Origin: Pelomyxa schiedti
Lineage: Eukaryota > Protista > Evosea
Assembly: GCA_020536535.1 (NCBI GenBank)
Contig: JAHLWZ010000171.1
Location: 156,288 to 220,287 of the forward strand
Direction: 5' to 3'
DNA length: 64,000 bases
Of the stretch, positions 35,485-49,500 are shown piece by piece. The position numbers and the translations under genes are program-made. Positions within the stretch are counted from its first letter, which is position 1. Every line of letters starts with the position of its first letter. A model generated the notes under the pieces. The model was not told the DNA's origin. It did no database searches and worked only from the letters and a program-made list of their open reading frames with translations.

Positions 35485-38400
35485 ATGTCATCGGCGTCAC
35501 ACAAGTGGGCGTCGAAGAAACTGACCAAACCAGCACACTGTTCATACTGCAAACAGTTCAACTGGTTTCATTTCCATTTCCATTTCTATTCCCATTCAAC
35601 CCAGAAGCCACACAAACGTTGGTTTCTAATGCCATTAAAAAATAATTCTTATCAAACCCAAAAAAAAAAAAAGGGAACGAACCCACCACCTTTGTCGAGT
35701 GTGTGGTAGAAGTTGTCATGAAAAATGTGCACTCTTAATGGATGCACAAAAAATTCCTTGTTCCCCTGAGGTAGGCTCTATTTTTTCCTATTTGACTCCT
35801 TTTTCTCCTAAAAAAAACCAAAAAAAAAAGAGTAACGAGGATACACCAGCACAACTCACTCGCACAGCTTCACTAGACTCCATACCCCCTGTGAGACCTC
35901 GGACACAAACCACTTCTTCATCACTCACAACTTCTCAATCTATTATCATTCCCCAAAGTAAAGCACCTCCTATTCGCCCAGTTTCTACTATGATAGCATC
36001 CTCACTACCTTCATCTGCCCCAGATAATTCCAGTAGACCTACTTCAACTTATGCAGCAATAACACCAATCACTGAAAATAATTCTTCAACATCTATTCCC
36101 CCTTCATCGAATTCAACAGCACCTTCAACACCAAGTACCATGTCTACACCTGCAACATCACCAACAGCCCAATCTAGTGATACTGGAATTCCCGTAGCTG
36201 AAGGAATTTTTTCCGCTTTACCAGTTCGTGCAGCTTCATTTCAGAGTGGAAGGGTGAGAATTACTACAATCGTTCCCAATGCAGAATTCGCACACCCATT
36301 TGCCCAACGCCCTCGGGTGTGTGCATGGATAATGACAGGTGGAACAGGGCTCACCCGTATTCCAACCGAACAACTAGTAATTACACCATCAGGTTAGACA
36401 CTTTTCCCCTGCTAAACAAGACTCATTTCATTGCAATAGGCTTCAAAATTACAACAGTTACATCAAATTGCGCAGTTAACTGGATTGCCTATCTTACCCC
36501 TGCCACAAATCCTTTTCTCAGTGATACTATAAAGTTTGTTTTTGCCACGCCAGGTTTGACACCTGTCTTGATTCAGAAAGTAGAAAAATGTGTTGAGGTA
36601 ACCTCTCGATTTCAATGCCAATAAACTTAATGGCGTAGGTCAGCACAGTTAATGGAGCTGCTTCTGACGGACAAACCCTCCTCCATGCTGCAGCATATTC
36701 AGGCCACCTTGACTTGGTGAATTGGCTACTGAAGAAACCCGGCATCAATGTTGATGTCCAGGTATTTTATTCCTAATTCCGCAGTATGATGGATAACGGC
36801 AAATAGGATGAAAGGGGATGGACCCCATTGATGTATGTTCAGGTTATCCAATTATTTACATCCCACCTTACTTTATATGAAAACTTCAAGGTGTGCAGTC
36901 CATCCTGGTCACTTTGCTGTTGCATTCCGTCTTCTATCGCAAGGGGCTAGTGTAAGTATTGTAAACAATCGAAAGCATACAGCATTGCATCTTCTCGCAA
37001 GAAGTTATGCACAAGAAAAAAATAGTGAGGAGGTAAAAGCAGTAGTCAAATGTACTTCTCTAAACTATGAAGGTTGTTCGAATTCTCATTGGCTCCGGAA
37101 ACGATCTGAACCGAACCAGTGAAACAGGCGAAACTGCATTGATGATCGCCTGCAGTGGTGCATACAACCATCAATTCGTAACCATGTTGTTGGAAGCCTC
37201 TGCTGATCCTAGTTGGTTTGAAAATTACTGTTATTGTATTGATCATCGGAAGATATTCCCGATATGCATGGTGCTACACCGCTATATAAGGCAACCATGT
37301 CAAACACTGTTGGGCTGGCTGAGATTTTGCTGAAGTATATTTTTCTTTCGTTTTCCATTTTTGACGTTCCCTCAATGGCCAGATATGGTGCCGACCCCAA
37401 TAAAGGCCCTGAAGGCGATACACCGTTTGACAGAGCTCGTGCCAGTGGGAATACTGTTTTTATCGATATGTTTGAAAGAGCTGCTGTCGTACGAAAAGAT
37501 CTTGGCAGGGTTGAACTCTTCCACTTTCCCTCTCACTGACTCGGGCACAGATGACAATCAGAGGCAAACTATTCTCTGGTTGGATGAAAAATACTTCCGA
37601 CTTGGGAACTGCCATCCAAATGGTAAGCAGCAATAGCAATTTTGCCGCAGCTGGAGCAGGTCTTCCACCAGTTCTTGAGGACTTTAGTTCCACTTTGGAG
37701 AAGAGTGAGTGTCGAGAATTACGCAGCATGGTGGAAGCTTTTACCAAAGCATTTTCAAAAAATAAGTATACAAGAGAGGAGGAAGCAGACGCGGTGAAAC
37801 AATTCTTCAATGATATGGAGGTTGAGAATTACACCCACTTTTCACTTATATAAGCAGGGAGCCATGAAAGATCATCCTCTTTGGGCTAATCTCCAGGTAT
37901 AGCTGGTAACCTCCAACTGGAGTCTCATTATTCATTTTATGCAGCCTGCACAATTCGATGTTGCACAGGAAGGGATGAGAAGCTTGATATTCACCAAGAT
38001 GTACAACCAATTGTTCAATAAAAAAGAAATGGCTACAAAAGATGCGGCACTGTGCAAGCACATCTCAGCCTTGAGTTCCCTTGTAACTCCACAAAATATG
38101 CATCTACGTGAGGATTTAGATTTTGATCTAATAAGTTCTGCTGAGAGAGAGCTTCAGGTTTCTTTAATAATTCAATTAAAATACAATACCAACATTTGTT
38201 AGGCTATGGATAATGTTATTACCCCTGAGGAAAAGCTAATTTGTATTTTGAACTGCTGTAAAATACTTGTTGCTGTACTACAAGCTTTTGGTTCAGCTGC
38301 TGGTGCAGATGACTTCTTGCCTCTCTTCATGTAAGCTCCCTGGGGCAATTTATTCACTGTCATAGCTCAAAAACTCGTATCAACACAGATTTGCTGTAAT

Positions 38401-38791
38401 GGAAGCCAATTTACCACATTTGTACTCGAACCTCGACTTCATAGAGTACTTCAAAGACGAGAAGAGAAAGAACACTGAAGGAATTTGCTTTTTCACCCAC
38501 TTGTGCTGCGCGGCAGCCTACATCGAGACCGATGTAACGGAGGAGTACCTTATCGCCAACGGTGCTTCCGCCTCCGCTTCAGCTTCCTCAACGGCAAGTT
38601 CACACACAAACACAAACACAGGCACTACGAACTCAACAGCTTCAGTAGATAGTGTTCCACCCACAACTACAACCACAACTTCTGACACACTACCACCAAC
38701 AACAGCAGCACCATCACCACCACTTTCTGCACCGCCACAACAGCAAGTCCCTATCCCAGACTTCATCATTCAAACTGCTGCTAATTTGTAG
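35485..38791 (+). CDS. C1 domain + Ser/Thr-rich linker + beta-sandwich-like module + ankyrin repeats + VPS9 (Rab5-family GEF)
   Basis: C1 HKW..PAHCSYC..CRVC..CHEKC. Ankyrins GQTLLHAAAY, KHTALHL, GETALMIAC. VPS9 TPEEKLICIL..GADDFLPL..ANLPHLYSNLDFIEYF. Confidence 0.85.
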
Positions 38792-38820
38792 CTGTTTGGG
38801 TGAGTTTTGTTATGTTGTTT

Positions 38821-40656
38821 TTATTGGAGTGTTTCAGTCCAACAATATAAGTCATAAGGGGGAAAAAAGCATAACATTAAATTTTTTTTGTTCTTTGTCT
38901 TTTTTTTGTTTAACACAAGAAATTGGGGTTTGGAAAAGTGACCAGCAGCCAATAAAACCAGAAGAGCAGCGAACAAGAACGAGGGGGTTGACAATTGGCT
39001 GCCTCTGCTCAGACTGATGCTGGTTGGTTCAGAAGACTCTTCCTCGGAAGATTCCTCTTCAGACTCTGATTCAGATTCTGATTCTGATTCGGACTCGGAC
39101 TCGGACTCGGACTCGGACTCGGACTCGCTCTCAGACTCCGACTCGGACTGTGACCTCGATGTGGACCGTGAGGTAGAGCGGGACGTGGAGGTTGATTCGG
39201 AATCTGAGGTGGATCTGGAAGTTGAGGTGGATCTGGAAGTTGAAGTGGATCTGGAGTTCGAGGTTGACGTGGAGCGTGAAACAGAAGTGGAAGTGGAGAG
39301 GGATTCGGATTCCGAAGTGGATTCAGAAGCAGAAGAGGAGATTGACTTGGAAGTGGAGGCGGAGGCGGAGGCGGAGGCGGAGCTCGAAGCAGACGACGAC
39401 AGTGACACCGAGGCCGACTCAGAAGACGAGGACGACAAGGACTCGGAGGACGAGGAGTGGGACGACGAGGATTCTGAGGACGAAGACAGCGACACCGACT
39501 GCGATGACGAAGAGGACAGCGATTCCGAGGAGGAGGAGAAGGAGCCGGACAGCGAAGACGACGACAGAGACACCGACCAGGACTCGGACGAAGAAGACTG
39601 CGGGATGATGATCTCGATCACCTGCAGGGACGACGAGTCCGTGTACTGGGTCGTCGGCTGCGAGTACAGCGCGCTGCTGGTGTCGTTGACCATCGCGTTC
39701 ACGGTGGCCACGAGCGCGTCGGTGCTGTTGTACACGGTCTCGTTGAGCCCCACCTTGTAGTCGACCTTGACGATCTGGGATGGGCCCCCTCTGGGGCGCG
39801 GCGAGGGCGCGGGAGCCGGGCCCGTGCACGCGCTGTCGTCGATGGTCATGTTGACTACGCTTACGAGGTCGGGCGAGATACCAAGTGCAGCTGCTATATC
39901 TGCCTCGAAGGAGGAAGAGTAGTCGGAAGGCAGTGGGTCACACCCTGTGTGGGGACAGTGTCAGTTAAGTTTCAATGGTGATGGCTGGTGGTGGTGGTGG
40001 GGGGGAGGAGGGGTGCGCTGTGACATGGGATATAGAAGAAAAAGGCCTGTACCTGGAAGTACATCCATGGAGAACACCACAGTAGGAACACAAGAGAAGC
40101 CGTCTCCGCCGCATACGGCGCACGTGTCGAAGACCAGCCCGGAATACGGGACGCCGTCGCACCCGGCGCAGATGTTGGCGCCCCCGCAGACGCCGCACGG
40201 GTCGTACTTGTAGCCGGACCAGTACACGCCGTCGCAGCCAAGGCATTGATTCAGCCCGCCGCACACGCCGCAGGCGTCGTACACCTGGCCGCCCCACGCC
40301 TTCCCAGTGCAGTCCGCGCAGACGTCGGAGCCCCCGCACACGCCGCAGGCGTCGTACTTCTTGCCGGACCACGGTGTGCCGTCGCAGCCGATGCAGTCGT
40401 TGGTGCCGTTGCACGTGCCGCAGATGTCGTACACCTTGCCGCCCCACGCCGTCCCGGTGCAGTCCACGCAGACGTCGGAGCCCCCGCACACGCCGCAGTC
40501 GTCGTACGCGACCCCTGACCACGGTGTGCCGTCGCACCCGACGCACTCGTTGGTGCCGGCCCACTCGCCGCACGTGTCGTACTGGGCGTAAGACCCCGCC
40601 ACGAGGACAACGAGAACAAGCACTGAGGCCGTAAAGTTAGTCCGCCACGGTAACAT
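38821..40656 (-). CDS. Cell-surface protein: signal peptide, seven 25-aa Cys-rich DxCGVCGG repeats, SEA-like module, Ser/Glu/Thr stalk, hydrophobic C-terminal anchor (GPI or TM)
   Basis: VLVLVVLVAGSYA signal; GCDG..WSG..YDxCGVCGG units; poly-Ser/SE/ST stalk; FLFAALLVLLAAG. Confidence 0.8.
39055..39150. repeat. Coding hexamer microsatellite (GACTCG)n/(GATTCT)n encoding an SE repeat
   Basis: Directly visible tandem hexamers. Confidence 0.9.
40100..40580 (-). repeat. Coding tandem repeat: 75-nt units arranged as a 150-nt AB-AB duplication
   Basis: gcagacgtcggagcccccgcacacgccgcag recurs 150 nt apart (~40318 and ~40468). Confidence 0.85.
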
Positions 40657-40800
40657 TTTTTTTTCCAAATTAACGGTAGCCGTTTTCTTCCTTGTCGTTC
40701 TGAAAAACTGATAATTCCGTTCGCTTGATGTCATCCGAAAAAAAATCAAGAGAATATGTTCTAACCAAAAAAAGGGAGTGGGGGAATCTCTCACTGTGTG

Positions 40801-43405
40801 TCAAACGGCGTATCCGTACATATTCTCGTACTGATCAGAGGGGCACGGCACATCCAAAGAATGGTAGTGCACTCCGGTTGATTTGTTGTAGCACCTGTAG
40901 AGTGATCGCAGCGCCACTCCGCCGCGCCACGTTTGCACGTAGCCAAGAAGGCCTTCTTGTGTGGTTCCCTCACAGTTGGAGTCGGTGCTGAAGAAGTGCT
41001 TATCGGAAGAAGTCATGCACCGGTATATTGCGGCTTGACGGGAGGGGGTTGTTAGTACGGGTATGGTGGGAAAGGACAAAAAGAAAAAAAGGCAGTACTG
41101 TGGTCAGAGGCATTATCAGAGAACATGATAAATGAAGCAGTTTGTCCTGTGGCGTTGGTTAATTTGATAGGAGTAGTGTTTGGATATAATGGTCTGCCAC
41201 TGTACCTTGATTTGCAGAACTGTCTACACAGAAAACAGAACTACCACTGAAGTGATTGCACACCTGGTGTTCAATTTGCGGAGAATCACGAGCTAAATTG
41301 ACGTACTTCAGCCCATCCTTCAGATACAAGTATATTCTTCTCATATTCCGATGCTGTCAGTAAATAGTCAGATTGTGAGTAATGCAAGCTCCAAATATTT
41401 GAGAAGCCTTCCGCGGTATTACAACATTCTTCTGAACTACCACTACAAGTGTGTGACCCCTTATTAAAGAGATAGTCAGCAACAAAAGAGCCTTTTGGCA
41501 AAATGATTCGACACAAAGAGAAGCGTCTTCATACGGATTTAAATACGCGAATGCAGGAAGCCATGAGATTGTAATATGTATAGCCATACTCCAGAGATGG
41601 TTCAATGTCCCTACCCCAATGAGACCCGTATGTGTCAACCCACAGATCACGATTAGGATCAGAGTACAACCCCATACTGAATCCTATTTTGCTTAGTGGG
41701 ACTAAATTATGGTTTTGCCTCAACCATTTGAGACACTTGGCCAATACGGATTGGATTGAGGCTGTGCTATGAATTCATTCCAGCTACTGAGAAATACGTA
41801 ATCTGGTTGATCCTGAAACACAGTCTGCAAAGAGATAAGCGAAATCTCAAAATGGAAATTCAAGGCTACTTGAAACTGTTTCTTAAGAGTTAATCCATTC
41901 AATTTCCCTGCACCACACCCTGGAAGACTTGCATATGACACCTGAAATGAAGGGGCAGCACTAACTTCACTTCCTTGTGATTGTTATGTTATTATCGATT
42001 AAAGAGTAGTGTCAAACCAATTGGAGAGTTTGTTGTTTCAGGTTGATTACATGATTCTCCAACAATACTAATCTTACTTAATACAAGAATTTAAAATAGT
42101 GAGAACCTCGTAACATCAACCATTCCATTGGATTGACATGGAGTAAAGAATCCCCAATCACCCTTTGTTTTAGAGTTTGGACCAGGTACAATTTATAGAA
42201 GAGCCTACTTTCGAGTATTGAGTCTGAGCAAAAAGTGCCCACATCATTACTGTACTAATGTCATTTGATTGAATTTCCGCGAGAATCTGGGAATCGGGTA
42301 GTCTTCCAGAATCTGGAGGATCCACAATGAACATGACCTTACTACATTGAGATGCAAGACTTCGAGGGAATTCCTTTAAATTCACAGAAGGTGGATTTCA
42401 TACTTTCTTATTTGTTCTTGGATCTCTCATTACCAAGTCGGAATAGCTTTCATTATTGTAGATATTTAAATAGTACTCATAAACATTGGCACCCTATGAC
42501 AAAATTTCAACTGGTGAAACAAAAAAAGGAGCAATAACCGTTGGAATGCAAGGCCAAATTGCTATGGAAGGGGTCTGAATGCCTTGAAGTCTAAGTTTAT
42601 ACCATTCCTCAAACAAAACTTCTGTGGGTCTCACCTACGAAAATCATTTTCAAAGACTAAAGACCTTAGTTGTTACTTGTATAACGTCAGCTTCAGTTGT
42701 CATCACAGGAAGATTCGAGGAATCTACCACAATATAATCAACACCCGCGTCCACAAGCCACTGCGCTTGTTGTGTGAGTGTCCCCGTGATATTGGAGCAG
42801 TCAGGAATGTAGCCTGTTTCAGATGGCCTATGCCTACATAGCAAGAAGAAATTGGGATCACTGAAACAAAAGGTGAGATCACCTCATACCGATATATACA
42901 ATAAAATCCCAGTTCTGGTGTTACATGATAGAAGAAAGAATCAGCAGTAGCCCTCAGTCCATACTTATCCAAAATGTCTGACATCAAGTATTCCCCATTA
43001 CTGCGAATAACTACTCCATTAGGAACTCAAGTAGCAAAAAAAAAGAAAATCTAACCTCGTTCCACACTCAACTTTCAATACACAATTTTGAAGCAATTCC
43101 AAGACCAACAGTCAAACCAAACAAAAATAAAAAGAAAAAAAGGAGGGGGCAGGAAAGAATTTGTTGTTTGAATTAGTCCAACAAGAGTAGTCAAAGAAAA
43201 GATACAAAGAGCCGCGGGAAAGAAGAAGAAGAATACAAACCTGGGTTCCTCCCATGGCCTCGACCTGCGACATCGCGTACGACGCGTACCCATGCCACGG
43301 CTCATACAGCACACCAACTTGGTACACCGACGCAGACCACGCCGCGCTCACCAGCACCAACACCAACACCAGCACCAGCACCGAGACCGACGCCGACGTC
43401 TGCAT
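40801..43405 (-). CDS. Secreted glycoside-hydrolase-like protein (GH71/99-like barrel) with C-terminal DUF5648-like repeats
   Basis: Signal VLVLVLVLVLVSAAWS; VGVLYEPWH, GFYCIY, QWLVDAGVDYIVVDSSN, WNEFIAQ; C-terminal IYRC..HFFSTDSNCEG..EGLLGY and LYRCY..HYHS. Confidence 0.6.
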
Positions 43406-43563
43406 ACAACTGGCACAACCAACGGACGGCGATCTCTATTTTCCGGAAAGCCAATGGTTCTGTGGATCGGACAAAAAGGGGAAAAACAAAAAAATTGGCT
43501 ATCTATTCATTCAACCCGCTAGGGTGTGTGGTGAATGTGAGTGAGTGGAAGCGAAACGCGTTT

Positions 43564-46500
43564 TCAGAGCGACCCGAGTATGCCTTCTAGAGTGGTAGCA
43601 ATTTCATCGAAGCCTATGAGTGGGCGTTAGTGGAAGGGAGTGGGAGGTCTTTGCGGGATGTGTACTTGGTCTGTCTGTTGGTTGTTGGGCCCAGCAAGCC
43701 TCAATCAATGCGGAAATGGGCTTGAGGACCGTGTTTGGTATAGGCAATCGCTTTTGTTGTGTACAAGCGTTAATGATTTGGTTTGATAAGAAAGAAAGGC
43801 AAACCTTCCCTGCGGTTACAAATTCAACAATTCCTTTTTGGATGGGTTAGAATCCAACTGTAGTTTTGGATGAGCATACTCCAAGCACTCGAAAAGTCGC
43901 CTGATGTGTAAGGCTCTGCCAGTGTTTTAATTTCAAAGAAAAAAGAAGAAAAGGTGAATTGCCTTGCTCACAAAACAGTGAATACATCAGTAATGCAAAA
44001 CTAATGGCTCAGTAAGTGGAATGACTAACTGCTAAAGCAAATACCTATATACATCAGTAGAACCGCTATATGAATTGTCGGTTAAAATCTCAGGGCTCAT
44101 ATACGCTGGGGTACTAAACATTGTGGGAACTTATTACTTTTAAGTTAAAGGGCAGAACCCTATAGCAGTTGTCATTTTGGCAGCTTCTTTGGCATTTTGT
44201 ACATCACGAGTAGTTCCAAAGTCACTTAGTTTTGCGCAAACAGGACAGGATGGATCAAGTGATGAAACCAGCACGTTATCGGGCTTCAGGTCTCTATTTG
44301 TCGTGAGACAATTTTCAATTCACTTGTTGTAACTAACCTGTGTATAACACCACTCTTGTGAAGGAATGCCATTCCCTTTGCACAGTCAAGTAGAAGTTTT
44401 ACTTTAATTTTGTTATTTAGTCTATGAGCTTTAACAGCACTATTGAGACTCCCTATTGGCATGAACTCCTATAATGGGCAATGGTAAGAGCAATTAGTAG
44501 GAGATAAATCTCGACCGTCACAATGGCTTTCTTATTCTTGATGTACACAGCTCCCACAAAGTGAATAATCTTTTTAAGGTCAAACTCAAAGTAAGAAACA
44601 TAATATATACTTGGGGACAGTGAAATGACTCCATCAATTTCACTTCATGAATGAATTCTGCTTGAACCTCAGACGAGTCTGCATTTTTAAGGACCTGGAA
44701 CAAAATGAGGAAAGAAAATTAACATCCACGCACCTTAACAGCGACCTCCTGGCCTCTCCACTGTGCCCTGTAGACAGTGCCAAAAGACCCTTAACGCTGA
44801 TAAATGATAATAAATTACAAAGTGCAAGTCACACCTTCACCTAAGATAAAATTAGTGATGGTTTGAATGAACAAAAAAATGTCTATGAACCAATTGGGGG
44901 GGTGAACAAAGAAACTTCTTCAGGATCTAGTTTTGTAGAAAGTTTACTCTCTAGTCGAACAGGTATAAAGGTATGTGATAGTGGGCCATCCGCGAAATGA
45001 CGACCTGTGTGGTAGGAAGTAGGTATGTTGGAGTCACAGCCCCAAAATACCTGTACACATAGCTACAGTAATATTCCCTGACAATTTACAAGTGCATAAC
45101 ACAGCTACTGTTACATTTACAGTTATTTCTGTTCCCTAAATACTGTAAATCTATGAAAGCTGAAAGCAACGAAATAACACACATGGCTGAGGGTGAATTC
45201 GTTGGGATTAAACGTCATTCTCAACCTTCCTGATAATTTTGGAGGGAAGAGCTTGAATGAGAGGGCTTTTTTTGATGTGTTGCGGAAGGTGATTTCTTCT
45301 CCCACTTCACTATCAACGTCTGCCAAGTGACCCTTCAATCCGAATGTAACCTCCTCTGGAACAATCTTCTTTAGATCAGAAACAAGAATTGTCTAATAAG
45401 AGAAGGAACTTGTATGGAAGAATCTGCTAGGTCGAAATACCTGTGCACTGATTGAGTTGAAATCGCGATAACAGGATACATACTCTGAAGAGGATGCATC
45501 AAAACTCTCCTCATTGTCTTCAAATCCAACAAGCTGTGTCATTATAATTTCAGATTCATGGTTTCTCCTATAGACTGAAAGAGACAAAGGTAATGACAGG
45601 TGGAAATGTACTTAGATCTGAAACAAATCGCAAGAGCGATAAAGGCCCCCGCAATGCACAGAAGGCCAACTCCTCCAAAAGTGCATCCTACAATCAGATT
45701 GACATTTGACTTTCCTGGTGACGATTCCTTGTAGGTAAGTTCGACGCTACCCAGACTGTTTTGCCCATCAACTTGAACTATCAATGCTACTGGATGTGTT
45801 CCAGGAGGGGCATGACACGATACAGTGTGGTGTGGATCTTGGAGTTTCACATCCGTGCATTCAAGATCTCCAACAAAAATGATGATCAGAGATGCATTAA
45901 ACCCGAAGTTATCGCCTGGTTTCATTAGTGGACACCAGAAAAGATTATGTAAACCTTTTATAGTAGTCGTTCCACCTGTTTTAGGTACAGAGGAAACTGA
46001 TGAAACAGTCGGAACTGAGAGTTGCATGAGATAGAGTCTGGTACATTTGAAACCTACCCAAATAGGAGAATGCACCAACAGCAGTAATGTTCTGTGAATT
46101 AGTTCCAGCTGGAACCCACACAGATACATTCTTTTTTCCACCAGAACCAGGTCTGGGAGTGCATGTAATGAGAGAATCTGAGAGAGTAACAGATGCATTA
46201 TCACAGGGTATTCCATCAATTTCGACCATAATTGGGGTACCAACAGCCCCAAAATTTGATCCACTAAGTGTAGTTTGCTGGAGTCCTGATGTACTTACAG
46301 GTGTCGCGCTAACAACAACTGGGGCTAAAGAGGTTTTGGAGTGGGAAAGGAAGTGAGGTTTTTTCGTTGTAGTACATTTTATCCATACCATCATAAGAGA
46401 AATAAAACACAGAAGATATTTGGAAAGCCACAGTTACCCTGATGTCATGATTCCTGCCAACTCCTCTTGGGAGTGAAACGAATATAGCTGTTTGGTTAAA

Positions 46501-49500
46501 CCAGGTTGCCGAGGCAGTATAATTAACAGTATTCTCATTTACCCGTGACCAGATAGTGTACCAGAACCCACCAGGACCAAAGTTTGCTCCCTCCAAGATG
46601 TTAGGTAATACTGGTGGCCATGTGTAATACATACAGTCAAGAGTGTTGTGCACCCAGATGTTGCGCACATACCCACTGAGGATATAGTGGGGCCTGTTAA
46701 AAAGACTTAGGCAGAAAGGATTTTGAAGAGGCTTCCCTACGTTGATAAGAGAAGACCGAAGCATAACCCACTTGAGGGGATTTTTCTGGAATCTGAACCT
46801 GAACAACATTGTCTGCTCCAGCTCCCGCAGGGGGATAACAAGACAACTGTTTGTGAGGAACCAGAAGAGAAATATTTGTACACTCCGCCCCAGAAATAGT
46901 AACATCAATGGCTGTGACATCAGGCCCGAAGTTGTACCCTGTTATTACCGTGGGAATGGAGCCGTCGGTGGGACTTGAAGTCGCTGATATCACCAGTGGC
47001 ACTAACATAAAGAATTAAAAAAACAAACAAAAATAAAGGAGTGTTTACAATTGTAGGAAAAGAAAGCAGACGCATTTTGAGATCCATCACTATTAGCCGG
47101 AACGACTACAACAAGAGACTTCTGGGAGCCATAGCCAGCAGGTGGGTAACACGTGATTTGAGAGTGAGGTGATACGACGCGAGCTTTGTTGCAGGATTGT
47201 CCGCCAATATAAACAGCTATATTTGTGCCAAGGGGACCAAAGCCTGTGCCTGAAATAGTAGTGACGTTTTCCCCTGTGGTGTCTGTGGGGGTGGACCAAA
47301 ATATAACGGGACCTAGAATGTTTTATGAGAAGTTTCAAAAAGGGAAACTGCGTACTAAGGTACGTAAAAACAAACTGAGTGACGGATTGGTTCTTGGAGG
47401 TACTAGGAGTAATAACTTGTACTGCATAAGGCCTGCCTCCCACACCTTCGGGGGGAAAGCAAGATATCTGTTCATGGGGCACTGTGATAGTGGCGCCAGT
47501 GCATGCACTACCATTGATCAAAACCTGCAGTTAATAAGAAGGGAGTGAGGAGTATTTCTTAGCGCACCTCTACACGCAGATACGATGGTCCAAAATTCTT
47601 GCCAAAAATTGTGGTTTTAGAGAAGCCATCTGTGCTGGTGGGTGTGGCACTCCAGATTTCAGGTTCTTTTGTTATATAAGTAAAACTGAATTATTGTAAT
47701 TAAAAAGTAGAGTACCATTATATGAAAAGCTATCGTTAGTGCCTTGCTGTGTTGCCATTGGATTATCTGGGGAGACAAATACTTGAATTACAATATGAGA
47801 ACCAGCCCCACTTGGGGCGAGGCAGCATATTTGCCGATGCGGGACTGTAATAAAGGGGAAGCGACATATATCCCCTCCAATGGAAACATATAATGAAGTG
47901 TTAACCGGCCCAAAATTCATGCCAGAGATGTAAGTGAGATTCCCTTGAGTATCCACTCTTGTGGCATACAGTATTTTCGGGGCTTTTAGATCCGTTAATG
48001 CTTTCCATTCATTTCTGAGAAGTGAGAACATACCGTTGTAAGAAAATAATTCAGTAGAGGCAACTTGGGCAAAAGGAGATGCAGGATCAATCGTTACAGT
48101 AAGGGATAGATTTTTCCCAATGCCAGGGGGGGGAGTACATGTAATTTGTCTGTGGTTGATAGTGACTTTGGCGTCTGAGCATTGTGTAAGGTGAAGATCA
48201 AGCTGCCGTATTGTGACATTCACTGGTGTATTGACATCACCAAAATTCGTTCCGTCTATTTCTATGGGGCCTTGAGGATCTGTGTCGCTCGGTGTCACGT
48301 ATATAATTGAGGGGGCTGGGCACTGTTAGTAAGGTGGCTTTCAAATAAAACAAACCTTGATAAGAGAATATTGCCTTGGTGACGTTTTGCCCTGCTACGC
48401 TTACAGCCATTAATAGATGTGCACCTGTACCAGGCGGTGGGTAGCAAGTGATTTGAGTATGTGGCACAGTAACGGTGGCATTCTTGCAAGTGTGCATCGA
48501 AGAGACACGACTTCCAATGCTAACAATAACCGGGGTGCCGGCTGGGCCAAAGTTGGTGCCCAAAATTGTGGTTGGGATGGAGCCATCAGTACTTGCAGAG
48601 GTAGTGTTATACAAAATAGGACCTAAGAAATTTCTTTCGTAGGAGGCACACAGTGACTGTAAGTGTACCTTGAAATGAGAAGATTGCCGCAGTTGTCATC
48701 TGTTCGCCCACTCTCACCGTGATGTTTTTCCCAATGCCAGAACCAGAAGGTGCCACACATGTAATTTGAAAATGGGGAATGGATATAGTTGGGTAATAAC
48801 ACAACTGTCCAGCAATCTCCACAGTTATATTTGTACCTGGAGCTCCAAAATTTAACCCCACTATTTTTGTTGTACTACTGACTTTCTCACCCTCCGTACT
48901 TGTTGGGGTGGCATTAACAATACTTGGAGCTGAAAAGAAAAGGTCATTTAGAAAGCAATCAGGACATGGATGATTAGTAAAAAGCACTAGTAGCTAACCT
49001 TGATAATTGAAAAATACTATTTGTGAAAGTTGATTTTTCACCTGAACTTGCAGGGAGTGGTTTTTATCTATATGGCGTGTTATGACTTGGTAGGAAGGTT
49101 TAGTACATACTAATGCCTGGGGGTATTGCTATTGTAAGTGAGGTTTGAGATTTCCAGTTAGCAGATAACGGGTTGGCATCATCAATATAGTATAGAATAG
49201 AATTGGAATTATCTGGGCCAAAGTTCCTTCCCTGAATAGGGGTCTGTACAAGTAACAAAAGGACTTAACGTTACAGTTATGAGTGCTGACGCCACCCCAC
49301 AGGTGGGTACATCAGAAAACAGGTCTAGAATTGGCGCTAAAATGAAAATTAGGAACAGTTGGCTTGTCAAGAAGCGTACGGTTATAGCTGAAGACCTGCG
49401 CTCGCGCGCTTAGTTCCGTTCCTTCTACTCCTGCACGTGGACCAACTGAAACGTCGATCCATACATTTGTACCAACGCCAGCAGGAGGAATGCAAGAGAT

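Noticed and set aside
39055-39330. Short repeats resembling a CRISPR array
   Set aside because: Coding hexamer and 18-mer repeats with no unique spacers and no cas genes, in a eukaryotic context.
39017-39760. 247-aa Asp/Glu/Ser-rich plus-strand ORF
   Set aside because: Antisense of the Ser-rich stalk; microsatellite-derived and stop-poor.
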